Assembly: GCF_000143415.4 (NCBI RefSeq)
Contig: NW_003314573.1
Location: 1 to 11,819, forward strand
Source: Selaginella moellendorffii
Taxonomy: Eukaryota > Plantae > Lycopodiophyta
Direction: 5' to 3'
Length of the DNA: 11,819 bases
Shown: positions 8,907 through 11,819 of the stretch, piece after piece
Layout of the letters: each line of letters opens with the position of its first letter
How positions within the stretch are numbered: the first letter of the stretch is position 1
Translations under genes and position numbers: made by a program
Notes under the pieces: generated by a model
Databases searched by the model: none
Told to the model about the DNA's origin: nothing
Seen by the model: only the letters and a program-made list of their open reading frames with translations

Positions 8907-9534
8907 AGAGGAGTGATCGCGGTGCCTCCTGCAGGCATCTCCACGCCAAATCGCGACTCTTCTGCGCCAATGTGGTGATTCCAAGTCCCTCCCGGGAGGG
9001 AAGCTCTTGCACCGCCACCTGGCCGCCACCCTCGACCTACGCCACCACCCCTTGTTCAGCAATCTCCTCATCCTCATGTATGGCAAGTGCTCCAGCCTCC
9101 CGGATGCATGGTCCGTCTTCCACGATCTCGTCCACAAGAACGCCTTCTCCTGTAACATCATGATCTCGACGCTCTGCGCAAACGGCCAGAGCGTGCAAGC
9201 GATTCATCTCTTCCTCGCCCTCACCAGCGATTCAGTTGTCCGCCCCACCCACGTCTCGTTCGTCGCCGCGCTTGCCGCCTGCGCCAATTGCCCCGATCTC
9301 CAGTCGGGCATCCGGATCCACGCCCAGATCATTGCCGCGCCACCTGTGATCGCGAGCAATCCAGTCGTGTGCTGCGCCCTCTTAACCATGTATGGGAAAT
9401 GCAGCAGCCTGGCAGACACGCGGAAGGTCTTTGATGACATGCCGTGCAAGACGATAGTCGCCTGGAGCGCGATGCTGGCTGCTTGCACCAGAAATCCCGA
9501 TCAGGGCGGGCGAGGATGCCTTTTATGCAGATGA
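8907..9534 (+). pseudogene. Truncated PLS-class pentatricopeptide repeat (PPR) gene
   Basis: Open frame after TGA 8904-8906: IATLLRQCGDSKSLPGGKLLH..NLLILMYGKCSSLPDAWSVF..NAFSCNIMIS..VSFVAALAACA..GIRIHAQI..ALLTMYGKCSSLADTRKVFDDMP..VAWSAMLAA. No in-frame ATG upstream of the repeats. Apparent frameshift near 9505 (GEDAF in another frame), then an abrupt switch to AT-rich relic DNA; no E/DYW domain. Confidence 0.88.
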
Positions 9535-11819
9535 TGTGTCCAAGTAGGATGCCAGATTTGACAAAGAAGGTAGATTTGTCAAGGTTTAAGGTGATGTTGT
9601 TTTCTTGACATTTGATGAAACATTTCTCAAGATGTTGGGGATGTTATTTTTTGCTGCTAAAGATGTTAAAGTCATCCATAAAAACTCACATGAAGTTGGT
9701 GAGGTAATATAGTGCTTTCAATCTTTATTCTACTCTTTCTTCACGCTTACCATGACTCTTCTATTCTAAACAAGTATATTGTACATTATCATGTGACTAA
9801 GAAGCTACACATGTCTTTTTATTAGTCAAAGATGTGATATGATATTATTCAATATATATATATATATAGCTATGTTTAATGCCAAACTCATAATACTCTT
9901 CATGTTACAGAAGAACAATTGGAGTCAATTGTAATTTCCTATCCATTTAAGTTGGTGATGTTGATTTGATAGGGCCTTTTTCCATAGTTAATTCATGGCA
10001 ATGAATATATCATTATTGCCTCTAACTACTTGATTCATTAGGTGGAAGCCAGTGCTTTTGCTAGTGCACTTGTGACTATTGTTAAATACTTCTTCCAAAA
10101 TTGAGAGGTATTTTAGCATTCATGTCTATAGTAGATTCTCTCAAATAAAGTCTCATATTTATAGTTAAGATATTTCATATTTTAATGTCTTAGCTAAGGA
10201 TACACAACACTTTCACAAGTGCTTATCATTTATGAACCAATGGTTTGGTATAATAGTATTCAGACTTTCAAAAGGATGATTAGGATTTAAATTGGGCTGA
10301 TTATTTGCCACTTTTTTAGTATACGTATGGCATAGGGGTACAAAGTTTCATTAGTGCTTCACTATATGAACTTCTATATGGTCATGATTTGATATTATTA
10401 ATGGAGTTGAATTCACCTTTACAATTGCTATGAACTACCAATGCTAAGTCTTAGGATTAGTGTTTGACAAGCATTTTTCCACTAGTTCAAGTAGCATTTA
10501 TTAAACATTTAGTATAGCACACATGGTTTTCACCCTTTATTCTATAGTGATTTATTATAGGATAACTATGAAGCAGAACCTAAACTTTTTATATGCCACA
10601 TGTCTAAGGACAGTGGAGTGGAACCCGAGTTTTAGGGCCTTAATCCATTAAACAAAGGAATGGAATCAAACTCCCAAGCTTGCAGCTAAGGAGCGAAGGA
10701 ACTAGAGTATAGAGCGACTCTTGAGCATTTAGCCCAAGAAGCAAAAGAATAGAAGCATGAAGTGACATAAGAATAGTCCTAGAGCATCAAATATCCTAAT
10801 GCCAAGATTAACACACAAAATAGAGCTAAACAGAGCCAAATAAAGTTTAGTGTTATTTTAGCATATCAGTAGCTTAACACAAGGATATGGGTACTCCACT
10901 AGCTAGTATGGTATAGAACTTGGGTTAAACCGAATGCAAAATAAAAATAGATATACAAACAGGAGCTAGAGTATGCCTTAGGTTAATTGGCCATGCCTGA
11001 CATACCCACTATCCCTACTACACATTTGAACTTCGGAAAACATGCTTTAAGTTATCACCCTTAATACCAAGAGTTAGTATTTGGAATAAGCTTGAAATTT
11101 ATTTAGTGAATATTAAAGAACCAAGCTCAATATAATGGGGGTTAAATATGAGCTTCTCATACTGAGTCGAGTATGCTCAGCAAGAAACATATAAGAGTTC
11201 CTATATTATGTTTATCTAGTATAAGTACATACATGATGACTAGTTTCTCAATTAGCTTGGGTGGAGATTGATAAAGAGTCTAGCAATACCAACCTCTTGC
11301 TGTCGTGGCAGTAAAGAAAAAATATTTGAAATGATTCATTCATAGGTAATTTTCGATACCTACAATCATATTCCCAACACTTGAGTTGCATGTAAATGGG
11401 ATAACAATGGTGTTACAACTCCCATTATTGTTAACCTATAGAGTATAAAGCAGATGACCTTATGTTAATTAATCTTCCCAATTTTATAGTGTATAGTTTG
11501 TCTAAATAGCTCCTTGCTTATTGGAAGTGCACTAGTTCCTCCACGTAATATTCCTCCAAATCCCTATCAACCAAACAATTATAAGTACTTTCCTTCCTTC
11601 CAAAATGGAGAGAATGATATAAAGTTCAAGTGTATGGTTACAATGCCAGTTATATTATTACCGTAATGGGATTCTGATAGCCATTGAATTGGTTTCAATT
11701 TAGATCACTAATAACTTGAATTATACATAGTTTAGCATAATATGAAGTATGCATGATCTTTTACTATTCTTATGTGCCATATCTTCATGCAACTTACAGA
11801 TTATCTTTTTATTTTGCTT
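9529..11819 (+). repeat. Large direct repeat, copy 2
   Basis: Matches 1-~2587 but lacks about 2056-2311 of copy 1. Runs to the window end. Confidence 0.97.
9783..10410 (+). mobile_element. Decayed Ty3/Gypsy integrase relic, second copy
   Basis: Same motifs and largely the same inactivating stops as 253-875. Confidence 0.88.

Noticed and set aside
3696-9488. Antisense or alternative-frame ORFs (3696-4115, 6019-6307, 6747-7304, 7108-7377, 7884-8479, 8769-9163, 9204-9488)
   Set aside because: Shadows of the kinase, phosphatase and PPR sequences with no recognisable motifs.
9524-9538. YADD as a LINE reverse transcriptase motif
   Set aside because: No other RT motifs around it; the downstream sequence is Gypsy integrase.
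11710-11819. High indel divergence at the end of repeat copy 2
   Set aside because: Scattered single-base insertions at a contig end are typical of low-quality read tails.

Overview
Eukaryotic land-plant genomic DNA. The 47-68 bp GT-AG introns, a PLS-type PPR fragment and an N-gapped short scaffold suggest a lycophyte such as Selaginella (inference only). The window looks like about 1.2 units of a ~9.5 kb direct repeat (1-~2587 recurs at 9529-11819), with an older internal duplication A-B ... A'-[kinase]-B'. It contains: (i) an apparently intact 6-exon minus-strand gene for a ~357 aa stand-alone GCN2/eIF2-alpha-kinase-like protein, reconstructed by hand because the ORF track shows only pieces; (ii) head-to-head with it, an intronless FCP/SCP (NIF, DxDxT) HAD phosphatase with one 1-bp frameshift; (iii) a dead paralog of that phosphatase, in the copy that lacks the kinase; (iv) a truncated PPR pseudogene; (v) a PDR/ABCG transporter C-terminal fragment; (vi) heavily decayed Ty3/Gypsy integrase relics; (vii) a clean ~140 bp micro-inversion that distinguishes the internal duplicates. 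The most interesting item is the divergent mini-GCN2 kinase/phosphatase pair in an amplified unit. Any functional link between the two genes is a hypothesis.
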